Origin: Octopus bimaculoides
Taxonomy: Eukaryota
DNA: 63,978 bases
Direction: 5' to 3'
NCBI RefSeq assembly: GCF_001194135.2
Contig: NC_068987.1
Span: 107,897,471 to 107,961,448, forward strand
The notes under the pieces were generated by a model. That model worked only from the letters and a program-made list of their open reading frames with translations, searched no databases and had not been told where the DNA came from. Shown in pieces: positions 27,360-41,148 of the stretch (position 1 is the stretch's first letter; the number at the start of each line of letters is the position of its first letter). The position numbers and the translations under genes are program-made.

Positions 27360-28130
27360 GATTTTAATGATCTTCTCAATCTGCGAGAGCCTTTAATTAT
27401 AGAAATAATACTCCGGCAATTCACACGAAATAGTGGCGGGATCACGGAAAACACGAAATAGCACTTTTGAGTTTAGCCTTGCCAATTAAATTCGCACAGC
27501 TGGCACATTAAAATACATGTTAGGCGATTCTACCCTAGATGACACTAAACCGAATATTTAATGTTACGGGGCGAAAATAATCTGAGAAATGTGGAAAATA
27601 TAAGTGAAGGAATCAAATGTCAGATAAAACTGATAATATAACGTTTAATATGTCAAACTTTGAGCATTAGAAATAGCAATGGGTTATCTAAGGTGAATCA
27701 AAACTGTTTCTGTAATTGATAATGGAACCCATATTATTGCACACAAGCTCTTCTTTCTTTCTGTCTTTCTGTCTTTCTGTCTTTCTTTCTTTCTTTCTTT
27801 CTCTTTCTGTGTATGCATATATACACGTACATACATACATACATACATACATACATACATACATAGAGAAAGACAGACAATCACACATATGTAAGCAAGG
27901 ACAAACATTTGTAAGCAAGGGATGAACACTTTTCTATTACAAGAATTTACAAAGGATTCACTTGAATAGAGTCTTGCGAATATTGTTATATTATTCATAA
28001 TATATGCTACTATTGATTCTTAAGATGACATTGCAAGAAAATGTGCCGAATTCGACTCATCAGAATTATGTATAAAATTCATAGAGTCTTCTTGTGAATG
28101 CTATATACTTGTTTCCCAACAATTCTTTCA

Positions 28131-28231
28131 TCATTGTCAATTAAGGTGCCTCAAAAATGTTATATGCGCAAAGAGAAACCGCAGTTGCCATGATGATTTG
28201 CACGTGTGTGCATACAGGATAATTTCGAAGA
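28131..28231 (+). repeat. 101-bp direct repeat, copy 2
   Basis: 872 bp downstream of copy 1. Confidence 0.9.
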
Positions 28232-29050
28232 TGATTTTCCTACTGTGGTAGCTGACATACTATTACGGTACAAATGTATTTCTTTTCTTACAGCAATTAA
28301 AACGTCACTTAATGTGTACTTTTCTGACCAATGCAATATGTTATCTTATCGCAATCTCGTTTTTATTTTTGTTTGTTTTATTTTCAGAAAAGAAAACTAT
28401 CTTAACCTGCTTTATACAGATTCTGCAGCACAATTTGTAACACATAGCAAGTGTAGACTCATACATGTTCTTGAGTATAATAGAATGAATTAACTGACAC
28501 TGGTAAACGATTTCCTACTGATGCAGAGCTAGAAGCATAGAGCTGCAAATAAATTTATTCATATTTATTCAACATATCAACATGTATGTAGTAAATATAT
28601 TTAAAGTGTCCTCTTCTACGACAATAAATTACCAGTGATTCATTAACGTCCTATTCAATGAAGACTTTATCTGATAAACATCTTAAATCATAAAGATTGT
28701 TTCTGCTGTCCATTGCGTAACGACGTTTAGGAAATTGAGAAGCATTATATGAGGCAAAGACAGAAATGTAGTGACAATGACAGCATGCAAAATGTTTGCA
28801 CGTGTGAGAACTTTGATGAAATTTTAATGAACTAGATAGTTTGTGAGAATCTTTGATGATAAAATCATGTGATATTTAACTAAAACTTATTGATGGAATC
28901 AAAGAAAGCATTAAATAGGTTTTATTCTTTATAGTGTGCCGATTAGCGAATTTTTAGTTGTTTAATTAAAGACCATCCTACGATTTTAGTGTAGATCTAG
29001 ATGATAGCAACCTGAATCTCCCATGTTTCCGGATAAAAAATAATGGAAAA

Positions 29051-29263
29051 TTAACCCTTAATCATTTTAATTACTCTATAAAATGGATGCATATACATTC
29101 ACATTGTTTTGAATTAATTATGCTTTATCTTATAGCTTCAAGATTGATAGATTTCATAATGATATCCTAGAGTAGGTGTGCGAGATAGGATTCAGTCAGC
29201 TTGAACATAAAACTGGTAGAATATCTTGACCAGATATGGCTGGTTTAATTACAGAAGAGCTAA
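29051..29263. mobile_element. Possible piggyBac-type MITE relic
   Basis: Left end TTAA-CCCTT (29051-29059). Right end aagagctaa, 2 mismatches from AAGGG-TTAA. No coding capacity. Confidence 0.3.
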
Positions 29264-29804
29264 ACACTTGTTTAAATCGGACAAAGGACTTCAGTCTTCA
29301 GTCCTTTCTGTTGATAAAATTCATATGATAATATTTATTAATTACCCATTTGGTGTTTCACAAACGGCAGAATGGTGGCTATGCTCCCATACAAATGTAT
29401 GAGATATATAGTGGTGAATGCAATATAATAAAATTTAATTTATATGAATATATATATATATATATATATATANNNNNNNNNNNNNNNNNNNNNNNNNNNN
29501 NNNNNNNNNNNNNNNNNNNNNNNNNNNNNNNNNNNNNNNNNNNNNNNNNNNNNNNNNNNNNNNNNNNNNNNNNNNNNNNNNNNNNNNNNNNNNNNNNNNN
29601 NNNNNNNNNNNNNNNNNNNNNNNNNNNNNNNNNNNNNNNNNNNNNNNNNNNNNNNNNNNNNNNNNNNNNNNNNNNNNNNNNNNNNNNNNNNNNNNNNNNN
29701 NNNNNNNNNNNNNNNNNNNNNNNNNNNNNNNNNNNNNNNNNNNNNNNNNNNNNNNNNNNNNNNNNNNNNNNNNNNNNNNNNNNNNNNNNNNNNNNNNNNN
29801 NNNN

Positions 29805-30076
29805 ATTAGCAAGTCCTTATATTTACTGATCTTGTCAAATTCTTTCGCTGCTATATTATGATCAGAGGGAATACTCATGTCAATTAATAAACACGTCTTC
29901 TTTGTCTGATCTTTTATAATAATATCCGGTTTATTAGCTTTTATAGTCGTGTCAGTATGTACGGGGAAGTCCCAGAGAATCGATACATTTTCTCCCTCAG
30001 TCACAGCTTCAGGATGGTGTTTATACCATTTCTCAGCGGTTTTGATTTTATAATGCTGACATATTGTCCAGTGTAA
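29805..30076 (-). mobile_element. 5'-truncated RLE-type non-LTR retrotransposon (R4/Dong-like), C-terminal restriction-like endonuclease; open frame up to the gap
   Basis: Uninterrupted minus frame LHWTICQHYKIKTAEKWYKHHPEAVTEGENVSILWDFPVHTDTTIKANKPDIIIKDQTKKTCLLIDMSIPSDHNIAAKEFDKISKYKDLL. It contains the RLE PD...D...KY catalytic motifs and the ILWD and post-knuckle HW.IC signatures. The 3' end is lost in gap 29473-29804. Confidence 0.9.
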
Positions 30077-30108
<32 letters not shown>

Positions 30109-30125
30109 CATTATTATTATTATTA

Positions 30126-30183
<58 letters not shown>

Positions 30184-30203
30184 TATTATTATTATTATTA
30201 TTA
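30077..30203. repeat. (ATT)n/(TAA)n array abutting the RLE fragment
   Basis: Seen directly. Confidence 0.95.
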
Positions 30204-31220
30204 TATACGCAAATGTCGAACGATGAAATGTACGCTCATCATCGCATTATTGGATATATAATTTCTTTATTTGTGCAAGAGAATATATATATATATATAA
30301 TGATGTGTTTGTGTTTGTGCGAGCGCGCAAAAGGAACTGTCAATAGAGTGAGTTTGGTTTCGAAAGAGGTACTGTGCTTTCGTTAAATGATCGTTTCACA
30401 CTACCCATTTGTACATCCACCACGTAATAGCAGGGCCACGGAGTGTGCTACTTCAGCGCCCTGGCTGGTGCTCGTTTTTTTACTGAACAGACTGGAACAA
30501 ACGACGATTGAACTGTTTTATTCAATGACAGAACAAGCCACTGCTCTTACCAAGTTCACCCATGATTCTACAATCATGATAACGAACCCACAAAATACTA
30601 GATTATGCGCTTTGTCCCCCTGCTCGTGTATATATTTTTATTATCTTCTGATGTTTTAAGAAAATTCTTTGGTGTGTCCCTGTAAAGAAGCAGTTGGTTT
30701 CTAACAAAGATACAAAACTCTATCGTTAGAAAGTTAGTAACAAAAGCAATGGAACTATGCGTATGGGAAAACGTCTGTATACTTTTACTGTTGTACTGTC
30801 GGATACAGTTTGCAGTATGCTTGTTTGCTGCTCGATGTGTATCTTTTTTAAAAGCCTACTTTTTACAGTTTGCCACTTAGGCAAAACCAAGTCGAGCAAT
30901 TATAACTGGCATGCATGTGAATATATAATTTGCGTATAGACATTGAATGTTCCGAGGAAGTTGTCCGTAGTTACCCACCTTCTCCAATGTTTTTATGTAT
31001 ATATTTATGCATGTTTCTATGTATGCTTGTATGTATTGGGTGTGTGCTCCTTCGTGAGTATAATCAGTTTCTGCACAGTTTACCAAATTCAGTAGATTTT
31101 TATTTTACTATCAAAGGGACATGTTATTATACTGGAAAGTCCATGCATGTGAGTTGGGACCAGAAATGCGTTTCTTTTCCAATATCACTGTTATTATCTT
31201 TAGTCGGAAAATTCTTGTAC

Positions 31221-31602
31221 GTTGTTGGCACTCCGTCGCTTACGACGTCGAGGGTTCCAGTTGATCCGATCAACAGAACAGCCTGCTCGTGAAATTAACG
31301 TGCAAGTGGCTGAGTACTCCGCAGATACGTGTACCCTTAACGTAGTTCTTGGGAATATTCAGTGTGACACAGTGTGACAAGGCTGACCCTTTGAATTACA
31401 GGCACAACAGAAACAGGAAGTAAGAGCGAGAGAAAGTTGTGATGAAAGAGTACAGCAGGTTTCGCCACCATCCCCTGCCGGAGCCTCGTGGAGCTTTAGG
31501 TGTTTTCGTTCAATAAACACTCACAACGCCCGGTCTGGGAATCGAAACCGTGATCCTATGACCGCGAGTACACTGCCCTAACCACTGGGCCATTGCGCCT
31601 CC
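31221..31602 (-). mobile_element. SINE family A, full length, with TSD
   Basis: Minus strand ggaggcgcaatggcccagtggttagg (A box)...ggtttcgattcc (B box)...cgacggagtgccaacaac. TSD tcttgtac at 31213-31220 and 31605-31612. Highly similar to 40764-41148. Confidence 0.9.
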
Positions 31603-32010
31603 ACTCTTGTACGTAAGCCAGAGTTATATAGAGTAGGTTAATTAGCGCTTAAGAATTTTTTGCAAACGATGCAGAGCCAGAGTTGATTGAGTTTAAATTC
31701 ATTGCATACCCTTCGAAGTGTTGAGAAGACGTATTCCAATTAATGCTTGGGTAGTTTAGGTTTCAAAATAAGTTAATTTTAGATACGGTCTCTGGGAATA
31801 TAAATGAAATATATATTTTTGTAATTAAATTATGAAATATGTGTGTTTTGTGTCAGTGTAAGATAGAGCGTGAATTTGCTTGTGTGAGATTTTGAATACA
31901 TATCAATTTGGTTCTACATAAATCACTATTTTCAAATAACTGTATCCCAGCATTTCTTAATCTCTTCTCTTATCTCTCACTTTCGGTTTCTCCCCCTCTC
32001 TCTCTCTCTC

Positions 32011-32107
<97 letters not shown>

Positions 32108-33420
32108 CTGCATATATATGTTTATATAATTGATACCAACATATATATATATATGCACATATATACGTATATGTGTGTGTGTGTGTGTGTGTAATCCCAT
32201 GAGATTACAATTTAGGGATTAGGAGGACATAATTCGTGGCGCGTGGTGGAGTCAAAATTCTCTGTCAACCAATTCTGATTCTTTCCATTAGTATGGAAAA
32301 CAACCGAATACTGTTGCTACACACATGGCCTTCCAACTCTAACCCCCTCCAGCCTGGAGTTGACCAAATTTCCAGCAAGTTCACATTAATGCATTAATGG
32401 ATTCATAACGCTATGTTGAAGGATATTTCATAGTATGATGTCACCCTCACTTGCAACACATCCAAAGTCCATCACAGTTTAGGGGAACTTGATTTTCATG
32501 ATTTCTATCCTTTACAGAGTCCACAGTGAATTGAGCAGCAGTTATGATGTAAACGATTTGAATTTGCAACCCAGTTATACAGGTAACTCTTTACCAATAT
32601 TCAGATGGCTTCCTGTTCGGTATGTCAGTTAACTTTCGTCGAACTACCACTTAAATATTTATGCTCCCAAACACCATTGACTGTTCACGAAAAAAGAGAT
32701 AATGAATCGTCAAATTTAGCCCTAACAGAACTGTATATATANNNNNNNNNNNNNNNNNNNNNNNNNNNNNNNNNNNNNNNNNNNNNNNNNNNNNNNNNNN
32801 NNNNNNNNNNNNNNNNNNNNNNNNNNNNNNNNNNNNNNNNNNNNNNNNNNNNNNNNNNNNNNNNNNNNNNNNNNNNNNNNNNNNNNNNNNNNNNNNNNNN
32901 NNNNNNNNNNNNNNNNNNNNNNNNNNNNNNNNNNNNNNNNNNNNNNNNNNNNNNNNNNNNNNNNNNNNNNNNNNNNNNNNNNNNNNNNNNNNNNNNNNNN
33001 NNNNNNNNNNNNNNNNNNNNNNNNNNNNNNNNNNNNNNNNNNNNNNNNNNNNNNNNNNNNNNNNNNNNNNNNNNNNNNNNNNNNNNNNNNNNNNNNNNNN
33101 NNNNNNNNNNNNNNNNNNNNNNNNNNNNNNNNNNNNNNNNNNNNNNNNNNNNNNNNNNNNNNNNNNNNNNNNNNNNNNNNNNNNNNNNNNNNNNNNNNNN
33201 NNNNNNNNNNNNNNNNNNNNNNNNNNNNNNNNCAACATATATATATCTATATATAAATATATACATCGAAATACACAGCTGCATACGCACAGACAATCTA
33301 CGTATATAGGCCTATATTTACAAGGCACAGATATATACATAAGTACAAATCTACACGCATATAAGTTTGCGCGTGGAAAACCTATGCACTGGTAATGAAA
33401 ATTGTATGTTACTCCGGTCC

Positions 33421-33458
<38 letters not shown>

Positions 33459-34300
33459 CAATATGTATGCATGTATATATGTTTGTATATATGTATGTAT
33501 ATATGTATGTATATATGTATGTATGTAGGTATGTATATACGTATGTATGTATGTATGTATGTTCGGGTGTACGGATGAATGGTCACACGAATGAATGAAA
33601 CACTCAACACATTAGATTAATTCTACTATTATTCAAAAAAAAACAGTTTGATTCAATCCCATGCAGCTTAAAACTTCTGAGGCGCGATAAAGAAACACAA
33701 CTTGGCAGACTCGGGCGGCCTGGGGTGATGCTTATGACCTGTTCCGATAACAAGGCTACGTAACTTTGATGCCATTAACATTCTACATGGAGGGGTGATT
33801 TATTCGCTCCTGATCCCTGACCCTTGTACGGTTTTGAAATGTTCATTTCGGTTATAGATATTTTTTGGAGGCAACACACCATTCCTGTGGTTTTCGAGTG
33901 CGGATACACATTCAACCTAAGCAAAACTTATAAACCTAATTCGTTATTGAATTCAATCTTACATGTGCATCGCTGTGGCGTACCATCATATAGTTCTTAC
34001 TCTATTTATATATAGTCATAAGCAGGCGATTCGATTCAGGTGCGTGATGATGATAACCAACAAAAATAGCGAAACGTCGGTATGCATCGCTCCTGTATTT
34101 TATCGGAGATTAGTTGACTCACATGTCTCTGACTCTGAGTTATTTCAACGGCCAGAGTCATGAGTGAGTTGTTCTCCAAGAGCTATACGGCAAAGACAAG
34201 GAGACATCGATTCAATTTGTGCGGTCGATAATGTTTAAACAACTCAATGTTTTAATACTCTATTGCCAACAGAAAAACCCGGTGGAAATGTTTAGCTTAA

Positions 34301-34716
34301 TAACCCTTTCTACTGGAGGTACAAGGCTTCAAATTTCATAGGAGCAGATTAGTCGATTAGATCAACCCCAGTGTCTCACTGGTGCTTAATTTACCGACCC
34401 CTAAAGGATGAAAGGCAAAGTTGACCTCGACGGAATTTGAACTCATAACGTATCGATAGGCGTCCAGCGTACTACCTATTCTTATTTCTTTATTGCCCAC
34501 AAAGGGCTAAACATAGAGGGTACAAACAAGGGCAGACAAAGGGATTAAGTCGATTACATCGACCCCAGTGCGTAACTGGTACTTAATTTATCGACCCCGA
34601 AAGGATGAAAGGCAAAGTCGACCTCGGCGGAATTTGAACTCAGAACGTAACGGCAGACGAAATACCGCTAAGCATTTCGCCCAGCGCGCTAACGATTCTG
34701 CCAGCTCACCGCCTTA
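34301..34716 (-). mobile_element. SINE family B dimer (full monomer with long tail, then 5'-truncated monomer)
   Basis: Same architecture as 42797-43220. Possible degenerate TSD tagctt(aa/cc)taac at 34293-34304 and 34721-34732. Confidence 0.8.
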
Positions 34717-35157
34717 CGCCTAGCTTCCTAACAAAGATGACTCCAATTATGTCTTACTTTCTCATAGGCGTAGCACTGATTCACTGGCGACTACGTTTTG
34801 TTATACACTCGCAAGTAAATTTCCCGCAAAAAGAAAATAGATTTGCATTCTTCATATTTCTAATGAATAGCACTCGTGTATACAAACACACGATCACGCA
34901 CGAGCGCAGGTAAACAGCGAATGCAGAAAAGAACAATGAAAAGAAGAGAGGACGAATTCACGATCGAAATTTTCACTTTTATACTCATTTCAACAGAAAA
35001 TATTAATTATGATGAATCCGATTTTTTATTTATGATATTAGAACGTTGAAGACTAGAAAGGAGGAAGATGAATGAACCCGAATAAGCTAAAACAGACGAT
35101 GAGGGAGGAAATACTGACCGGTAACATACACACCTACACGCACGCACACTCACAAAC

Positions 35158-35189
<32 letters not shown>

Positions 35190-35375
35190 GCATACACACA
35201 CACACACACACGCACAATTTTGATTGTATCTATTAAAGAAGAAGCCGAGGAAAATGGTAGCGTCATCTGCAGTAAAACATTACAGGAAATTGACATCACA
35301 ACTTTGGCAGTTCAAATTCACGGAGATTCGCGGAGATATCAGTCCACACGCTATCACGTTAAGGTTATGTATGTT

Positions 35376-35410
<35 letters not shown>

Positions 35411-35578
35411 AATTCTTTTCTATTCTAGGCACAGGGCCCGACGTGCTAACGTTTCTCGCAGCTTGCCGCCTCTATATACAGTCAATTAAAAAAAGACAAA
35501 GAGAAAGTGAAAAAGAAAAAAAAAGCAAACGAACGTATTGGCTAACACAAGCAATGAATTAATAAGACGCTCAGAGAA

Positions 35579-35652
<74 letters not shown>

Positions 35653-36414
35653 CACACATACATACTCACTCAGGCATTCAACTGAGTTTACAAAAGAAAC
35701 AATGTAGCACTCAATAGCTTGATAGGAGTTACTGATATTTTTGGCGACAGTTTCATTGAGATGCACATATCGAGATGTTTCGAGGTTGAATAGGACAGAT
35801 CCGTCTCGTCACATGTTAGAAGCATACTCTACTCTTAGCAGCTGAAGAAATGGCCATGTTCTCCGGGATAATGTTGGTGTATCTATATGGATAATTTTAG
35901 AATGTATTCGATCATATATCTACTGGATGTATCTGACATAGGCTTAAACGAAAACAGCAACACCAATAACAGTCCTCTTACTGGTTGGAATTAGAAGGGA
36001 TACTAATATTGTAACTGTTATATGCCACGGCAATATCGGTTTACTATAACAGGGCTTCGAGTGATAGCATATACATGGTCGTATGGCATGAAAGAAAACA
36101 TGATTCAAATTGCATTCTATCATTTTAGAATGAAGCGGAACTAAATATTAACGCGTGTAGACCTAGCTCACAATACGCTAAAAAATACATGATAATAACT
36201 AGGACGCCATGTGTCTCCTATCTTTGTCTTAATTAATTACTCCAGTAATTAATCTGTCAGATAATTAGTGAATTACATAAGATTTTGTTTGTGTTTTTAA
36301 TATAATTTCAAATACGTAGTATTGCTTTCTTTTTATTTCTGTTTGTCTATCTGTCTGTCCCTCTGTCTGTCTCTCTCTCTCTCCCTCCTCTCTCTCTCAC
36401 TCTCTCTCTCTCCC

Positions 36415-36479
<65 letters not shown>

Positions 36480-36555
36480 CCCTCTCTCTGGTTGTAGATT
36501 TGGAAGAATCGTCCATTGAAACAATTATATATTGTTTTAATATACCTATGTTGTT

Positions 36556-36715
36556 AAAGACAGTGAGTTGGCAGAATTGTTAGCGCAAAATGCTTTGCGA
36601 TATATCGTCCGTCTTTACGTTCTGAGTTCAATTTCCGTCTTTGCCATTTCATCTGTTGGGGATCAATAGAATAAATACCATCTGAATACTAGAGTCAATG
36701 TAATCAACTATTGAC
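36556..36715 (+). mobile_element. SINE family B, diverged
   Basis: gagttggcagaattgttagc...tttacgttctgagttcaatttcc... Confidence 0.65.
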
Positions 36716-37159
36716 ACTGATAAGTCGATTTTATTACTGAGAGAGATAGAATATTTTTACATGCCAGTTGGAATATTTATATTCAACGATCAAATAAGTT
36801 GTCTACAGTTTGGATTTCAAAGGATTGTTGCAGTCACAATTTAAACCCACTTTTATTGGACTTTTTCATGTATCCTGTTCTGCGACAGAAAGACGGAAAA
36901 TAAGAAACGGTCTCTAGTAATTTTTTTGTTCCTGAAGACAAATTCCTTGGCAACTGTAAACAAGGCTCACTAAACGGGGACAAAATATCACGTTCTTCAG
37001 GAAGTTTCACGGGAACAGTATTTTATCCGGTCTCTGAAATGGTACACTGAATTGTCATCCGATGCTGGAACCTAAGTGATCCACATATCTCTCCCCCTTT
37101 TCTTATTCTCTTGTAAGAAAAATCAAATACTAAAATTATTACTAAATTTAATATGGTTT

Positions 37160-37348
37160 CAAATTTAGACACAAGACCAGAAATTTTGTGGGGGTGGATA
37201 TAATCTATTCATCGACCCCAGTGATCAAATGGCACTTATCCTTTCGATGCCAAAAGAATAAAAGGCAATCCGCATCAGCAGAATTTGAACTAAGAACGTA
37301 ATGCGCCGGAAGAACTGTTGCTAAACAGTTTGTCCGGTCCGATAATGA
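37160..37348 (-). mobile_element. SINE family B, diverged
   Basis: atcgaccccagtg...gcagaatttgaactaagaacgta...gattctgccagctcgcc. Confidence 0.7.
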
Positions 37349-39330
37349 TTCTGCCAGCTCGCCACATTAGTTACATGTATAAGGTAAAGCGTAACAAGAC
37401 AGCATTGCCGGTTAATGTTAACCTGACGTCAAAAAATGTCAACAATCTTAAGTAACGGAAGATCCTGTGTTAAAATTAGTGAGCAACAACATAGAAATAA
37501 CAACGAACCTCCATCAAATTTTGCTCGGTTTTGTTAATAAAAAAAGGACACTTTCGCTAATGTTGTACTTGGTACGCAAAGTTTTCGAGGGAACGGGGTA
37601 TCGTAGTCTACACAGTTTTGTTCAACCTAGAGCATAACTGCATCAACAAAGTCTGGAGTAATGGAATAACCGAGTCTCGAGGTTTGGGGCTCTGCTATTC
37701 TTTCAAAGATTAATTGAAAAACAAAATGAAATTTGTTCACAAAAAATAAATAATTCAATTAACTTTAATAATTCCAATAATTCAGTTTCAGATTATTAAA
37801 CTAATAATTTTGTTTCATTTCATTAAAGTTCATTAGAAAACGGAAGTCTCTTGAGAAATTTATCACCTTTACAGACTCTATAATACCACGCTGACTGGAA
37901 CCGGTGTGACGCCACAATTAAAGTTGAAAAGATGATGTTATGCCTCAGCTCATCACTGATCGACTAGAACATCTAATGATGGCATTCCAGTCGTGACCAT
38001 CCATTTTATTAGGTATACCTGGGGCTACATTATCCTAAGTATGTTGCTTATACATTGCATCGGACAAGAATATAAACTCTTTTCTTTTTACTATGCATAG
38101 CAAAATATTTGTCGGACTTATAATTGTTTTCAGTCTTTAAACCACTAGTAAGGAACTATCTTTTTACGATCGCACGAGAAATCTAATTGATTCTCTATCG
38201 AGACACTTCCTGTTCATTTGACGTGTGCAACATGTTCTAGAAGTTAATTCTTAGTGTAAGATGTTCTGGTTGTCGTTTAACTTGCTCAGCACCGAAAAAG
38301 GAGTCCAATTCCCTCATAATCATGTTCAAGCAAGTTTATTTAATCTATGCTAGGCTTCATCTAACATATCTTGAACAAAGATATTCAAGTCTGGACAAAC
38401 CATATTTTAGGAGACATAGTACAACCAGAATTATAGTCTAAGTATTTTCCTTTAACCCTTAAATAAAAAATGTCTAATTGTCTGCTTTGAACATGCGTTT
38501 TATTTGTAAGAAATGATGACCACATAGAAAAACTAGTTAAAACTTACATATTACGGTAGTTCACAATGTCTCTAATTTATCATAAGGTGAATACCATCCG
38601 CTGTGAAGAGGATTATTAACGTTAATGATACTTCTTGTTGAAGGCAAGGGAAGCAACTCATGAATTCAAACTGATGAAAAATTGAAAAATCGAAGGAGGA
38701 TAAGCAAGAGAATGTGAATCTGATGTTTCCGAAGTACAAAGTAGATATATCCAGCAATTTAAATCTCTTCAGCGAAACATAGCCATCACCGTACACACCA
38801 TGTCTTAAAATAAATGTCAATATTTACACTGAATTTGAGTGTAAATATTTTAATGTATAATATAAGCTCGACGAAGTTACAAACATTTCAAGTTTCACCA
38901 TTTCCTTTAGGGTATAGCATACAGTGTACGAACAAAATTTATGAGATTTGAAACATTTAAACTTTTGTTAAGATTTCATTCAAATCGAAATTACTTTACG
39001 TCAACTTTCTGAAATTTAATGAATTGTTTTTTGCATAACTTTTCTTCTACACTCGTTACATAACCGAGAGTATAATATATATATATATATATATATATAN
39101 NNNNNNNNNNNNNNNNNNNNNNNNNNNNNNNNNNNNNNNNNNNNNNNNNNNNNNNNNNNNNNNNNNNNNNNNNNNNNNNNNNNNNNNNNNNNNNNNNNNN
39201 NNNNNNNNNNNNNNNNNNNNNNNNNNNNNNNNNNNNNNNNNNNNNNNNNNNNNNNNNNNNNNNNNNNNNNNNNNNNNNNNNNNNNNNNNNNNNNNNNNNN
39301 NNNNNNNNNNNNNNNNNNNNNNNNNNNNNN

Positions 39331-39363
<33 letters not shown>

Positions 39364-39519
39364 ATATTATATTTTAAAAAAATATCCAGGTGTATTATAC
39401 TTTTCGGCACACTGGTACGTTCTTATTTTGAACGTATTAAGAACGTAGAAAATATATTGCAGGCAAATATTATTTCTTTGTTCTTTGTTAGCTTTCATTC
39501 TTTTATTACTGTTATTATT

Positions 39520-39535
39520 ACTTCTGCTGTTATTG

Positions 39536-39598
<63 letters not shown>

Positions 39599-39625
39599 GT
39601 AGTAGTAGTAGTAGTAGTAGTAGTT
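39520..39625. repeat. (ATT)n-(AGT)n microsatellite
   Basis: Seen directly. Confidence 0.9.
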
Positions 39626-40763
39626 AAATTGCAGTGCCTTTGAATGTTGCAACAAGAGAAACGTGCAATACATGCAACATCTGGAGTTTAATTTAACTTA
39701 ATTCGATTTGCAATTCACCTCTGCTACGCATACAAATAACATTATGACGTCTTTGTCATAATTAATTAGTCTGTTAATTAATTAATTAGCTTGTTAGCTA
39801 GGTACTGAGTTATTTAGGTGCTTTTTTAAAAAAAATAACAATGAAAATAATAGTGATTTCAATGTATTTCTCTCTCCGCACACTCTATCACATACTCCTC
39901 TTCTGTATGTCGCATGGGGAGAATGGCCCATTGAAACGAATGTGGTTTATTTTTATGCGTGTATTTGCAAGAGGAGGGATGTATTGTAGGAGCGGGGTGG
40001 GGGTGTCGGGGGTGGTTCATGGTATTCTAATGTATAGAGTCTTGTGTATTATTGATCTTGGTTTCTCTTAGCTCAATAGGCAAGATGTTTAAATGTGGAT
40101 GAAGTTAATTCCAGCAATCTAAGTATTCATATCTTAAAAGAGAAACATCGGGTGGTTATGAATAACGTTACAGACAATATTATATGGATTTTATGAGGAA
40201 GCCTCTAAGTAGTCGATCAGCTTGCTAGAAATAAATTCCCTCAAATAGCACTCAGCCAAGTTACAAGGTGAATAACACATTCTGAAATAAGTAACGTTTG
40301 AATACAAGATGGGATGGACTCGCCCTGAACGTCATCATTAAGTATGTTTAATTAAGAATGTTCACGCACTAAAAATCCCAATACAAATGAAAATTTTTTA
40401 AAAAATATATGTTTTGGCTTAAGAAAAAAACCTGATCCGTTTTAATCAATTACGATTGCTGGTGTCCATTCTTGATCATTTAGGCTTTCTAACCATGGAG
40501 CATTTAGGAATACACTGCTTAATTTGATCCTCATTTCCAAGACTTCAGTGTGTGACCTTGAGAAAATTTAGTTATTATTTCCGAAAGTATAGGGAAACCA
40601 CAACGAATGGACAACATCGTTAACTTCTTATATTAGAAAGTTATGGAAAGTTTTCAAATTTATATTATTTTATCCTTATTTTTTTCTTCGAAATATTTCT
40701 CAAAATAACAAAAATACAATAAGAATAGGTATTTGAAGATTTTGGTTGGTCTACTTTAGTGCA

Positions 40764-41148
40764 GGAGGCGCAATGGCCCAGTGGTTAGGGCAGCGGACTC
40801 GCAGTCATAGGGTCGCAATTGCGATTCCCAGACCGGGCGTTGTGAGTGCTTATTGAGCGAAAACACCTAAAGCTCCACGAGGCTCCGGCAGGGGATGGTG
40901 GCGAACCTTGCTGTATTCTTTCACCACAACTTTCTCTCACCCTTACTTCCTGTTTCTGTTGTGCCTGTAATTCAATGGGTCAGCCTTCTCACACTGTGTC
41001 ACGCTGAATCTCCCCGTAAACTACGTTAAGGGTACACGTGTCTGTGGAGTGCTCAGCCACTTGCACGTTAATTTGATGAGCAGGCTGTTCCGTTGATCGG
41101 ATCAACTGGAACCCTCGACGTCGTAAGCGAGGGAGTGCCAACAACAAC
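40764..41148 (+). mobile_element. SINE family A, full length, with TSD
   Basis: tRNA-like A/B boxes (tggcccagtgg; gcgattcc); (AAC)n end. TSD act(t/g)agtgca-type 11-mers: actttagtgca 40753-40763 and acttgagtgca 41147-41157. Confidence 0.9.

Noticed and set aside
28035-28070. Minus-strand CTGATGA followed by a gtcgaattcggc hairpin; similar partial hits at 52470-52503 and 59408-59440
   Set aside because: GAAA or the core is missing or doubly mutated; compatible with chance or fully decayed motifs.
36870-37110. Possible Tc1-like transposase remnant on the minus strand; similar hint at 32290-32400
   Set aside because: Only weak partial motif resemblance (e.g. WPSNS-NPL); not enough to call.
40764-40835. 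tRNA-like sequence (A and B boxes); also 31530-31602, 42797-42880 and 52900-52970
   Set aside because: Each continues into a SINE body with a TSD and lacks a complete cloverleaf, so these are SINE heads rather than tRNA genes.
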